DNA of 58,913 bases, the filler included. It is 7 parts of 7 records of this genome, joined end to end, with 100 filler letters (N's around TTAATTAATTAA, not from the genome) between each part and the next. Parts side by side here need not be neighbours in the genome. Positions count along the whole stretch, not along the records: positions 34,480 to 45,257 come from DRR723986_15525; positions 45,358 to 58,913 come from DRR723986_15545; 5 more parts are not named here. The stretch is one strand, 5' to 3'. The stretch's first letter is position 1. The number at the start of each line of letters is the position of its first letter. A model generated the notes under the pieces. It made no database searches and had not been told where the DNA came from. It worked only from the letters and a program-made list of their open reading frames with translations. The position numbers were made by a program, and so were the translations under genes. Positions 41,304 through 52,131 of the stretch are shown one piece after another.

Positions 41304-42464
41304 ATGAAAAGAATTTCAAAGATTGATCCGGATACTCTTACAGGTGAGCCGCGGAAAATTTTCGAGCGGTGGCAACCAGACGGCAAGCCTCTCAATATCG
41401 TTTTGATATATTTTAGAAATGTGGAACTCAATCGAACTTGGTCCTACATGGCAACACATTTGTTTTTAAAAAATAGCCTTACTGATCGCCAACGTGAAAT
41501 TATTGTGCTGCGTATTAGCTGGCAGTGCGCATCGGATTATGAGTTTATCCAGCACGTCCGTATAGCGCGTGAAGGAAGCCTTCTGACAGAAGAAGAAATG
41601 TATGACCTGACCAAACCAAAACTGTTGCTTGATTGGTCTGATTCTGAGCGCGTTCTTAGTGATGCATCAGATGAACTTTTAGCCACCAATGCAATCAGTG
41701 ATGCTTTGTGGGCGAAACTTGCTAAATACTATAGTGAGAGTCAGCTGATAGATGCTGTTGCAACAGCCGGCGGATATGCCCTGAACTCTATGGCGACAAG
41801 TAGTTTTGGCGTTGATATCGAGTCTCATATGGACCGTGAAGAAGGCTTAACACCCAGCGTGAATAAAACTGCTTTTTGCTATAATGAGATTGGTAGGCTG
41901 TCTGAAAGCGGAGGAGCAGCCCGCCTTGCACCTCTAAAGTTTGATGATCTTGATGACATAGCCAAAGCACCTACTGCCTCGTATATTGAGAGCGGCAGGT
42001 TCCGAGACTTTTTTCTTACTCTTGGCCGCTACCCAAAGATTGTTAGAAATTGGCTGCCAGTCATTTCCTATGTTGATAGCCAAAACACGCTTAGTGATGT
42101 TGACAGAAACATAGTGGCATTGCGGACAGCTGCCCGATGTTATTCGGAGTATGAAGTGGCACATCGGTCAAGGGATGCAAAGGCGTTGGGTTTAAGCGCT
42201 GATGAAATAAAGAAAATTATTGGAACAACGCCTGCCGACGGCGATGACTTAAAGCGAACCTTGTTGATCGAAGCCGTTGATGAATTGGTCGAAGACAAAG
42301 TCGTTAGCGATGACCTTTGGGGCAAGTTGCTGGAACATTACAGTGAAGAACAATTGATGGATATTGTTTTTGGATGTGCCATTGGGTTGATGCTTTCGTG
42401 GATGCAAAACGCATTTTTCGTGCAATTGGAAGACGGTGTTGAGCGCCAAAAACTTCCTGCCTAA
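41304..42464 (+). CDS. Tandem carboxymuconolactone-decarboxylase/AhpD-like protein
   Basis: Two repeats: LTDRQREIIVLRISWQCASDYEFIQH and LSDVDRNIVALRTAARCYSEYEVAHR. Confidence 0.85.
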   Translation: MKRISKIDPDTLTGEPRKIFERWQPDGKPLNIVLIYFRNVELNRTWSYMATHLFLKNSLTDRQREIIVLRISWQCASDYEFIQHVRIAREGSLLTEEEMYDLTKPKLLLDWSDSERVLSDASDELLATNAISDALWAKLAKYYSESQLIDAVATAGGYALNSMATSSFGVDIESHMDREEGLTPSVNKTAFCYNEIGRLSESGGAARLAPLKFDDLDDIAKAPTASYIESGRFRDFFLTLGRYPKIVRNWLPVISYVDSQNTLSDVDRNIVALRTAARCYSEYEVAHRSRDAKALGLSADEIKKIIGTTPADGDDLKRTLLIEAVDELVEDKVVSDDLWGKLLEHYSEEQLMDIVFGCAIGLMLSWMQNAFFVQLEDGVERQKLPA

Positions 42465-42507
42465 AAATGGGTTTTAATGGCCGGTTATCAGCCTAGGAAA
42501 GGGCCTC

Positions 42508-43401
42508 ATGAAAAACGAACGGCCTATAGAAAAGCTGAAGAGACTGTTTGCCGGGGCGCCGAATCCCAGCACACTGAGTATTGATCAAATCAGGCGTGGC
42601 ACAGAACAGCTTACAAAGGTCAACCCTGCAGCTAGCGACATTAGGACTCGCAAGCATGAAATTTCCGGCGTTCCAGTAGTATGGGTTGATGTCAAAGGGT
42701 CTTGTTTTAATAAGGTTGTATTATACACACACGGCGGTGCCTTTGTAGCGGGTTCGCCGAACTCACACTTATCAATAATGGGCGAGTTGGCGCGCGCCGC
42801 TAAAGCGAGGGTATTGGCGATAGATTACCGGCTGGCACCCGAGCATCCGTTTCCGTCAGGCCTTGATGATTGCATGGCTGTCTATGAAACTGTTTCAGCT
42901 AACCTTGATTTCGAGCATCTGGCAGTTGCGGGCGATTCTGCGGGCGGTGGATTGGCACTTTCAACTCTTATGCGTGCCAGAGAGAATGGTTGGCGAAATA
43001 TTGATGCCGCGGTTTTTTTTAGCCCCTGGTTGGATTTGAGTTGTTCGTCAAGTTGCTATGAGGAACTGAGACATGAAGATCCGCTGCTCAACCGCGAACT
43101 GCTTATGCTTATGGCAGAGCACTACCTAAATGGTGTCGATCCGGGAGATTCCAAAGTCTCTCCATTGTTTGGTGATTTTAGTGGCCTGCCACCGACCCTG
43201 ATTCAAGTGGGGGAGTGTGAAGTTTTAAGAGGTGATTCAATCTTGTTTAAGAAGCATCTTAAGTCAGCCGGTATTGAGGTTGAAATAGAGGTTTGGTCGG
43301 AGATGTTTCATGTCTGGCAAGGATATACAACGATACTGCCCGAAGCCCTTCAGGCACTTCAGCGTGCGGGTGAATATCTTAATTCAGTTTGGGGGCGCTA
43401 G
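42508..43401 (+). CDS. HSL-family esterase/lactonase
   Basis: HGGAF, DYRLAPEHPFP, GDSAGG, MFHVW. Confidence 0.94.
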   Translation: MKNERPIEKLKRLFAGAPNPSTLSIDQIRRGTEQLTKVNPAASDIRTRKHEISGVPVVWVDVKGSCFNKVVLYTHGGAFVAGSPNSHLSIMGELARAAKARVLAIDYRLAPEHPFPSGLDDCMAVYETVSANLDFEHLAVAGDSAGGGLALSTLMRARENGWRNIDAAVFFSPWLDLSCSSSCYEELRHEDPLLNRELLMLMAEHYLNGVDPGDSKVSPLFGDFSGLPPTLIQVGECEVLRGDSILFKKHLKSAGIEVEIEVWSEMFHVWQGYTTILPEALQALQRAGEYLNSVWGR

Positions 43402-43434
43402 TCGCTTTCAAAAGGCAAGGTTGCGAGGAAGAGT

Positions 43435-44754
43435 ATGACAAATCTATTAGCGGCGAATAGTACAGGAAAGTTTAAAGCTTGGTATTTCGTAGTCCTGCTT
43501 GCATTGCTGTCGATTGTTTCATACGCGGACCGGCTAATTCTGGGCATCTTGGTGGACCCCATCAAGGCTGAATTGCATGTCAATGACACACAAATGGGCT
43601 TTCTTCTTGGGCTTTCATTTTCGTTTGTGTATGCGACCCTTGCCCTTGTTTTGGCAAATGTTGCGGACCGTCATAATCGGCGCAATCTCATCATTTTTGG
43701 TGTTCTGATTTGGAGTGTTATGACATCGGCCTCAGCTTTTTCCGACGGCTTTTGGCAGCTTGCTTTCTGCCGGTTGGGCGTGGGCATCGGCGAAGCGGCG
43801 TTGGGGCCAGCTGCGCTTTCAATAATATCGGATCTATTTGAGAAGGAACGCCGCCATACACCTCTCAGCGTTTTTCTAGCCGCAGGTGTGATCGGTGGTA
43901 CCGGTGCTTATATTATTGGAGGTGGCGCGGTATTGTTTGTATCGCAAATGTCTGATGTCGCCTTGCCGTTCATCGGGGAGCTATCACCTTGGCGTCTGGT
44001 GTTTCTGAGCATGGGAATTCCAGGTATTATTTTAGGCTTGCTCATGCTGGTAAGTGTGTCTGAACCCAAGCGCAGGAACGATGCCAACGAAGTGACAGTC
44101 GAACGTGCAACCACTGTTGATATTATTGCCCACCTTAAACAAAGGCGCGGTCAGTATTTGCCAATTTTTGGCGGTATCCTATTGGTTCAGATGATGGTTT
44201 ATGCGGTGGCAAGCTGGTATGCTTCGGTTCTCATTCGATCATATGGCTTAGGTATATCATCCGCTGGGTTTGCTTTCGGAACAGTGGGGTTAATATTCGG
44301 CACAACCGGTGCCATTATGGGACCATATATTGTCGGTGTACTTGAGCGCCGCGGCCGGGCAGACGCATTGTTTATAGCGGGGCTTGTGACTGTGGGGGTA
44401 GCGGTGCCAGCGACTATTTGGTCGCCGATTGCTCCAACTGTTCCCTTATCACTAGCGGCGATGGCAATTGTAATGTTCTGCTTGTCGGCGGCCAGTGCTA
44501 TGGCACCTTTGCTGCCGCAGCTAATTGCGCCAAACGCCATGCGTGCTCGTGTTACAGCTTTATATTTCTTTATAGCCAACTTGATCGGTCTTGGTTTAAC
44601 GCCGATCATTATTGGTTTTATCAATGATGCTGGCTTGTTTGGTGTTTCGGGCATCCAGGAGGCCATAGCGTTAACCGCGGCGGTTCTACTGCCGGTCTCG
44701 TTTGTAATTCTGTTTTTCGGTAGGTGGATGTTGCTTAGAAGGCAAGCGCCCTAA
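43435..44754 (+). CDS. MFS transporter (spinster-like)
   Basis: SYADR, ADRHNRR motif A, GVGIGEA. Confidence 0.94.
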   Translation: MTNLLAANSTGKFKAWYFVVLLALLSIVSYADRLILGILVDPIKAELHVNDTQMGFLLGLSFSFVYATLALVLANVADRHNRRNLIIFGVLIWSVMTSASAFSDGFWQLAFCRLGVGIGEAALGPAALSIISDLFEKERRHTPLSVFLAAGVIGGTGAYIIGGGAVLFVSQMSDVALPFIGELSPWRLVFLSMGIPGIILGLLMLVSVSEPKRRNDANEVTVERATTVDIIAHLKQRRGQYLPIFGGILLVQMMVYAVASWYASVLIRSYGLGISSAGFAFGTVGLIFGTTGAIMGPYIVGVLERRGRADALFIAGLVTVGVAVPATIWSPIAPTVPLSLAAMAIVMFCLSAASAMAPLLPQLIAPNAMRARVTALYFFIANLIGLGLTPIIIGFINDAGLFGVSGIQEAIALTAAVLLPVSFVILFFGRWMLLRRQAP

Positions 44755-44817
44755 CCTTTGGTATGTGCCGATGAGTAATGGTTTGCTATTTCAGGAATAG
44801 TTAAATGGAGCAACAAA

Positions 44818-45159
44818 ATGGCTGTCTATTGGATTAGCACCGGGCTGGTCACTGCGATGTTGCTCGCAAGTTCGGCGTCTTACATTTTTCACGACGTGAC
44901 TATCCAGGGTGTGCGCGACCTCGGATTTCCTGACTTTTTCCGCATTCAACTCGCCATTTTAAAAGTTATCGCGGTTATTGTTTTACTGGCACCACAGGCC
45001 TCTGTTCAAATGAAGGAATGGGCGTATGCAGGAGCGGCGTTATTTATCATAACCGCCATGGTTGCTCATTATGCTCATGACGATCCTTGGGTATTAAACG
45101 CTCTGAACGTGGCTTTTCTTACCTTGTTAGGTATATCTAATTATCACCTGCCGCGTTGA
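44818..45159 (+). CDS. DoxX-like family membrane protein
   Basis: YWISTGL, LGFPDFF, KEWAYAG. Confidence 0.88.
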   Translation: MAVYWISTGLVTAMLLASSASYIFHDVTIQGVRDLGFPDFFRIQLAILKVIAVIVLLAPQASVQMKEWAYAGAALFIITAMVAHYAHDDPWVLNALNVAFLTLLGISNYHLPR

Positions 45160-45174
45160 ATTAAAAAGCCATCG

Positions 45175-45257
45175 AGCTAGTGCTCATATTATACATGAGG
45201 TAAAATCACCGATGGTGACCAATCCCGGTTGTCACTTGCCAAAAAATGATCCCGCCA
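45175..45257. repeat. Dispersed repeat, copy B
   Basis: Reverse complement is 77/83 identical to 1-83. Confidence 0.85.
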
Positions 45258-45357
45258 NNNNNNNNNNNNNNNNNNNNNNNNNNNNNNNNNNNNNNNNNNN
45301 NTTAATTAATTAANNNNNNNNNNNNNNNNNNNNNNNNNNNNNNNNNNNNNNNNNNNN
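45258..45357. other. Artificial contig linker
   Basis: N44-TTAATTAATTAA-N44. Confidence 0.99.
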
Positions 45358-46599
45358 GGCAAGAACGCCATCGGTATCGAACTGCCGAATGAAGATCGCG
45401 ATACGGTCTATCTCCGCACGCTGCTGCAGTCGGATGCCTATACCGGCTCGCGTGCCAGCCTTCCGATGGCATTGGGTGAAGATATTGGCGGCGTGCCGAC
45501 TGTCGTCGACCTGGCCAAGATGCCTCACCTGCTGATCGCGGGTACGACGGGCTCGGGTAAGTCGGTCGGCGTCAACGCGATGATCCTGTCACTGATCTAC
45601 CGTCACACGCCGGAACAGTGCCGCTTCATCATGATCGACCCGAAAATGCTCGAGCTCTCGATCTATGAAGGCATCCCGCACCTGTTGGCGCCGGTCGTGA
45701 CCGATCCGAAGAAAGCCGTGAACGCGCTGCAGTGGACCGTGCGCGAAATGGAAAGCCGCTACGAACTGATGTCGAAAGCGGGCGTCCGGAACCTCGCGGG
45801 CTTCAACGAGAAAGCTGCGAAATACCGCAATGCCGGCGAGAACCTCGTCCGCAAGGTGCAGACCGGTTTCGATGATCGCGGCAAGCCGGTCTACGAGACC
45901 GAGATCCTGCCGACCGAGCATATTCCGAACATCGTAGTCGTGATCGACGAGATGGCCGATCTGATGCTGGTGGCTGGCAAGGAAGTGGAAGGTTGCGTCC
46001 AGCGTCTCGCCCAGATGGCGCGTGCGGCAGGCATCCACCTGATCACCGCAACGCAGCGTCCGTCCGTGGACGTTATTACCGGTACGATCAAGGCGAACTT
46101 CCCGACCCGTATCTCCTACATGGTGACGACGAAGATCGACTCCCGCACCATCCTCAACGAGCAGGGCGCTGAACAGCTGCTCGGGATGGGCGACCTGCTC
46201 TACCAGGCACCGGGCCATAAATCGACGCGCCTGCATGGCCCGTTTGTTTCCGATGAAGACGTCGGTGCCGTCACCGACTGGCTGCGGGAGCAGGGCGAAC
46301 CGGACTATGTGATGGATATCCTGGAAGCGCCGGATGATGGTTCCACCGGGTCCGCCGTGATGGATGCGATGCTCGGCACTTCAACCGGCGATGAAGAAGA
46401 CGATCTCTTCTCGCAGGCCATCGCCATTGTTGTCCGCGACCAGCGCGCCTCGACCTCTTACCTGCAGCGCCGCCTGAAGATCGGCTACAACAAGGCGGCA
46501 GGTGTTATCGACCGACTGGAGGAAGAGGGCATCATTTCCGCGCCGAACCATGCCGGCAAACGCGAAGTCCTGGCGAATGCGCGTCCTTCTCCGGAATGA
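45358..46599 (+). CDS. ftsK: DNA translocase FtsK, C-terminal part (5' truncated)
   Basis: AGTTGSGKS, IDEMADLM, ATQRPSVDVITG, gamma domain LQRRLKIGYNKA. Confidence 0.97.
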   Translation, partial: GKNAIGIELPNEDRDTVYLRTLLQSDAYTGSRASLPMALGEDIGGVPTVVDLAKMPHLLIAGTTGSGKSVGVNAMILSLIYRHTPEQCRFIMIDPKMLELSIYEGIPHLLAPVVTDPKKAVNALQWTVREMESRYELMSKAGVRNLAGFNEKAAKYRNAGENLVRKVQTGFDDRGKPVYETEILPTEHIPNIVVVIDEMADLMLVAGKEVEGCVQRLAQMARAAGIHLITATQRPSVDVITGTIKANFPTRISYMVTTKIDSRTILNEQGAEQLLGMGDLLYQAPGHKSTRLHGPFVSDEDVGAVTDWLREQGEPDYVMDILEAPDDGSTGSAVMDAMLGTSTGDEEDDLFSQAIAIVVRDQRASTSYLQRRLKIGYNKAAGVIDRLEEEGIISAPNHAGKREVLANARPSPE

Positions 46600-46694
46600 C
46601 CGCCGCCTGAACAATATCACCCAGCTAAGGTGGGCACTTGGGGCAACCCCCGTTCGCGGTGAAATGCGAACGGGGGTTTCATTTTGTGGAGGGG

Positions 46695-47711
<1,017 letters not shown>

Positions 47712-47785
47712 GTTGGCGTTCTCCCATTGTCTTGTTGATCGCGACACTAGCGGCCTGAAGCGGCATCACCAGAGGCGGAAGCGAT

Positions 47786-49378
47786 CTATTTTGCCTGCCG
47801 CTCGGCGGCGTCGATGCAGCCTGCAGCTTCAAGAATGTCGAGCGCAGGCCGGAGACCGTCCTCATACCGTTTCCACCGGGCGAGCGAGCGGGTGTAGAGC
47901 GGTTCGCGTACCTGCGCCGCACTGGCCGTAGCCACGGGCGCTGTATTTTCGTGGAAGGCGACACAAGCGGGCTCAAACGCAAGGCCGCAGAAGCCCAGCA
48001 ATCTGCGGGTTTCACCTTCGATGTCGGCCACGACGCCCTCATAGCGCACTTCCGCGAAACGCTCCGGCGGCAGTGTCTCCCGGAAATGGCGGATCGTCCG
48101 GTCGAAACCGACATAGTAGCGGGCGCAGGCTTCAATGTCGTACGCGTAATTGTAGTAGGGGAACCGGGTCGCAAACAGCTGGCGGTAATTGCTGAGTACT
48201 GTGTCGGCCGGGTGGCGGCGCAGGCAGATGATGCGCGCGTTCGGCAGGGCGGCAAGGATTGCAGGCGTGTAGATGGCATTCAGCGGCAGCTTGTCGATGA
48301 ACCGGCCCCCCAGGCCAAGCGTCGTCTGAACGCGGTCCATATACATCTTGCCAAGCGCTGCGGGATCGACTCGGGCCGCAGCGGACAGGGTTTCGGCATC
48401 CAGCACATAGCGGGAGGGCGTTTTTGCCAGCGCCTTCAGCGAAACACCAAAGTCTGCCAGCTCACCGGCCGAATTGACCAGGCTGTGGCCTGACAGGATG
48501 CGGTCGACCAGCGTGGTCCCTGTACGCGGCATGCCGACGATGAAGATCGGGGCGGCTTCCTCATGCCCAGGCTGGTTGGGCGGCCGATCCGCCAGGGACA
48601 TGGCTGTTTCGAACAGCCGTGCGTCTTCCGCCGGATCGTAGGACAGGCCGGCCCACTTCGCTGCCTTAGCCCGCTTCAGCCAGTCCAGCGCTTTGGCGGA
48701 ATGCCCGAGATCTTCATGGGCTTTCGCGAGGGCGTGGCCGATGCGTAGCGCGTCTTCGGCATCATCCGAGGTTGCATCGAAAGCCGCTTCAAGCCGGGCG
48801 ATTTCGTTGCCTTCGTCTTTCTGGCGCGTGATCTGAACGATGGCGGAAAGTGCGCGTGTGTCGCGCGGATCGCGTTCCAGACACGCTTCGTAAGCATTCC
48901 TTGCCAGGTCCATTTCCCCGATAAACTGCAGCGCGGCACCGAGATTGTAGTGAAAGTTGGCCGGGTCCGGATTGGCCCGTGTGGCCGCCTCGTAAAATGG
49001 GACGGCTTCGGTGTGCAGGCCGGCACGGCTGAATACGACTCCAATTGTATCGAGCGTGTGAGCGTCCTCGGGCTTAAGCCGCGCGGCGATCCTGGCGGCG
49101 TCGACGGCTTCCTCCCGGCGGAGGAGGGCGATGAGGCTGCGGGCCTTGTAAACCAGCGCCTTGGCGTGATCCGGATCGGCGTTCAGCCCACGGTCGAATA
49201 GCTCAACAGCCTTGGCGTGATTGCCGTGATCGGCCGCAAGAATCCCAAGCAGGGTGAACGCATCTGCCGATGCAGGATCAGTTTCCAATATCTGCAGGCA
49301 AAGCGCATGTGCGCGCCGGTAATCGCCATCGGCGATGCATCGTGAAGCGCGGGTTACGAGATCCGGGTCGATGATCAG
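47786..49378 (-). CDS. TPR-containing sulfotransferase family protein
   Basis: N-terminal TPRs, PAPS loop IVGMPRTGTTL, DKLPLN, RHPADTVLS, TASAAQVR; frame stays open ~30 codons above TTG 49288, so the start is uncertain. Confidence 0.92.
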   Translation of the reverse strand: MIIDPDLVTRASRCIADGDYRRAHALCLQILETDPASADAFTLLGILAADHGNHAKAVELFDRGLNADPDHAKALVYKARSLIALLRREEAVDAARIAARLKPEDAHTLDTIGVVFSRAGLHTEAVPFYEAATRANPDPANFHYNLGAALQFIGEMDLARNAYEACLERDPRDTRALSAIVQITRQKDEGNEIARLEAAFDATSDDAEDALRIGHALAKAHEDLGHSAKALDWLKRAKAAKWAGLSYDPAEDARLFETAMSLADRPPNQPGHEEAAPIFIVGMPRTGTTLVDRILSGHSLVNSAGELADFGVSLKALAKTPSRYVLDAETLSAAARVDPAALGKMYMDRVQTTLGLGGRFIDKLPLNAIYTPAILAALPNARIICLRRHPADTVLSNYRQLFATRFPYYNYAYDIEACARYYVGFDRTIRHFRETLPPERFAEVRYEGVVADIEGETRRLLGFCGLAFEPACVAFHENTAPVATASAAQVREPLYTRSLARWKRYEDGLRPALDILEAAGCIDAAERQAK

Positions 49379-49551
49379 CCACCTTCAGAGTGCGCTCATT
49401 AAGTGAGCGGAGTCTGCCTAAATTTTGTGCATCCGTGTGATATATTCGTCTCTCTACTGCAAACTATGAATGGATTGTCTCAGCCGGACTTGCGGCCTTG
49501 GAAAGCTTCTTCTGTAGTTGCTTGTCAGGTGGGACAAACGGAAGAGAAAAC

Positions 49552-52080
49552 ATGAAAACGACTCTCAGGAAACATGCAAGAAAACATGTGAGTTTGCTGG
49601 CCCTCGCTGGCGGCATGGCTCTGGTCGCCAATGCTCAGGATTCGGACGCTGCTGCGCCAGTATCGGATGGCGAAATGCGCGCAGAAACAATCACTGTGAC
49701 GGCAACCCGCCGGGCGGAAAGCGTACAGGATGTGCCGCTGAACATTGCCGCTGTCGGCGGTGCGCAGATTGAAGAACAGGGATTTGATGAACTTTCTGAC
49801 GTTATTGCCTATGTGCCGGGCATAAACGTGGTCGACCGGGGTGGCCGTCAGGGCAACCCGATTATCGTTCGCGGTCTGAACGCGGATGGGCTTGGATCCG
49901 GGGACGGCAACAATGATGGCGGCGGTACGGTTGCGACCTATATCGGCGAAATCCCGCTGTTTGTAGACCTGAAGTTGAACGACCTTGAGCGCGTGGAGGT
50001 GCTGTTGGGCCCGCAGGGCACACTGTATGGTGCTGGCACGCTGGGCGGTGCGATCCGCTACATTCCGGTGAAGCCGCAATTCGATGGCGACACGCTGGAT
50101 GTGCGCGCCGAAGCCTACCAGTACTCTGAGGCTGACGATCTCAGCTACAAGGGCGGCCTGACGTTCAACAAGACGATCCTGCCGAATCTCGCTGTCCGGG
50201 CGTCGCTCGATTACGACAATGATTCCGGCTTTATCGACTATCCTTATGTCGTGAAAGAGATCGGCGTTTCTGATCCGGATCCGGATTTCAGCGATCCCGC
50301 AGATGTCGCTGCGAACACCTATCGCATCAAAGACGCCAACAGCGAGGAAACCACCTCAGGCCGTGTCGCGGCCCGCTGGCAGCCGACGGACTGGCTCGAC
50401 GGTACGATGACGTACTATTTCCAGAAATCGGAAATCGGCGGACGTCAGGGCTCCAGCAGGCAGCCCGGCGTTCCGACAAGCGATTATGAACTCGCCAAGC
50501 GCGTCGAAGAGCCGAACGAGATCACCAACCAGCTTCTGGCCGCGGAGTTCACGGCAGACCTCGGATTTGCGGAACTGACATCGGCGACAGGTATGTCGCG
50601 CTTTGACGATGACGGCCAGCGCGATCAAACCGATCTGCTGATCTCGCTTGAATACAGCTATGAAGCATTTCCGACCTTCACGGCATACACGCACGAGAAG
50701 GGTCGCGAGAACACGTTCAACCAGGAACTCCGCCTGGTGTCGAAAACCGAAGGCCCGCTCAGCTGGATCGTAGGCGCGTTCTACAACAATTCCGACGTGA
50801 CCTCGTATTCGCAGGAATACACGCCAGGCTATGCCGCCTATGTCGGCTTCGACCGTCCGGATGACCTGGAATACTATTCGCAGTTCTTCTCGGAACTGAA
50901 GGAGTCGGCGCTTTATGGTGAAATAGGTTACGAAATTACCGACAAGTGGAGCGTCACGGTCGGCGGGCGCTATTACAAGTACGATCTCGAATCCTTCAGC
51001 GATGTGGATTTTCCGCTATTCGATTCCGGCCCGGATTATCTCCAGCCGGTCGGCATCAGCGCCATGGAAGACAGCCTGAAAGCGGACTTTGCGGCGGGTA
51101 GCCCGAACGGAACGGAACGGACGTCACAGTCGGACAATGGGACGCTGTTCAAGTTCAATACGTCCTACAAATTCACCGAGGACTTCCTGTCCTACTTCAC
51201 GGTGTCTGAAGGATACCGGATTGGTAACTCCAACGGTATTGGTGTCTGCCCGGACTATGATCCAACGAACAACCAGCAGGGGGCGTGTGCGCTCTTGCCG
51301 GGACAGCAATTTGGACCTGGTGCAGGAGATGTCTCCACGCGGGATGAAACCCAGTATACGCCGGACAAAACGACCAACTACGAACTTGGCTTCAAATCGA
51401 CACTCGCCGACGGCCGCGCGACCCTGAACGGTGCTATCTACTATATCGAGTGGAGCGATCCGCAGCTGTCTTCGGCGACGATCAACGCCTCAATCCCGAT
51501 CACAGTGAACGCGGACGGTGCCGAGTCGAAGGGCTTCGAACTAAATGGCAGCTGGCTGGTGACGGATGCATTCTCCGTGCGCGGTAGTTACAGCCACACA
51601 GAAGCATCTCTGACGGCTCTTGCACCTGGGCTTGTGGGCACGATCTCACCGCCCGGCTTCGGCACTGTGCTGCTCGATGGTCAGGACGGTGATCGTTTGC
51701 CAGGTTCGCCGGAAGATCAGTTCTCGGTCTTCGCGACGTATGTGATGCCGCTGGCAGAAGGCCGGGAGCTGACCTTTAATGGTGGCTATGCCTGGCAGGG
51801 GGATGTGCAGACACGCACCGGCGGCCGCGGCGACGGGGTGACCCTCGATTCCTTTGGCGTGGCCAATGCGTCGGCTGTCTATGACACCGGGACCTGGAAA
51901 GCGACCTTCTTCGTCAACAACCTGTTCGATGAATATTACGAGACCGGCATCGTGGGCACACCATTGTTCAATCAGGTACTGACGGATGATGCCGGTGGTC
52001 CGGTCAATCAACGGACCTATTATGCTTTTGTTGGCGCACCGCGTACAATTGGCGTAAGGTTCAATTATTCGTTCGAATAG
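49552..52080 (+). CDS. TonB-dependent receptor
   Basis: Signal peptide, TonB box ETITVTA, VEVLLGPQGTLYG plug motif, C-terminal PRTIGVRFNYSF. Confidence 0.96.
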   Translation: MKTTLRKHARKHVSLLALAGGMALVANAQDSDAAAPVSDGEMRAETITVTATRRAESVQDVPLNIAAVGGAQIEEQGFDELSDVIAYVPGINVVDRGGRQGNPIIVRGLNADGLGSGDGNNDGGGTVATYIGEIPLFVDLKLNDLERVEVLLGPQGTLYGAGTLGGAIRYIPVKPQFDGDTLDVRAEAYQYSEADDLSYKGGLTFNKTILPNLAVRASLDYDNDSGFIDYPYVVKEIGVSDPDPDFSDPADVAANTYRIKDANSEETTSGRVAARWQPTDWLDGTMTYYFQKSEIGGRQGSSRQPGVPTSDYELAKRVEEPNEITNQLLAAEFTADLGFAELTSATGMSRFDDDGQRDQTDLLISLEYSYEAFPTFTAYTHEKGRENTFNQELRLVSKTEGPLSWIVGAFYNNSDVTSYSQEYTPGYAAYVGFDRPDDLEYYSQFFSELKESALYGEIGYEITDKWSVTVGGRYYKYDLESFSDVDFPLFDSGPDYLQPVGISAMEDSLKADFAAGSPNGTERTSQSDNGTLFKFNTSYKFTEDFLSYFTVSEGYRIGNSNGIGVCPDYDPTNNQQGACALLPGQQFGPGAGDVSTRDETQYTPDKTTNYELGFKSTLADGRATLNGAIYYIEWSDPQLSSATINASIPITVNADGAESKGFELNGSWLVTDAFSVRGSYSHTEASLTALAPGLVGTISPPGFGTVLLDGQDGDRLPGSPEDQFSVFATYVMPLAEGRELTFNGGYAWQGDVQTRTGGRGDGVTLDSFGVANASAVYDTGTWKATFFVNNLFDEYYETGIVGTPLFNQVLTDDAGGPVNQRTYYAFVGAPRTIGVRFNYSFE

Positions 52081-52104
52081 CGCGTAGGGGGCTCTCGGAC
52101 AGGA

Positions 52105-52131
52105 GGGGCCGTTCTTCGGAGCGGCCCTTTT
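52105..52131 (+). terminator. Intrinsic terminator
   Basis: GGGGCCGTTC-TTCG-GAGCGGCCCTTTT. Confidence 0.85.
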
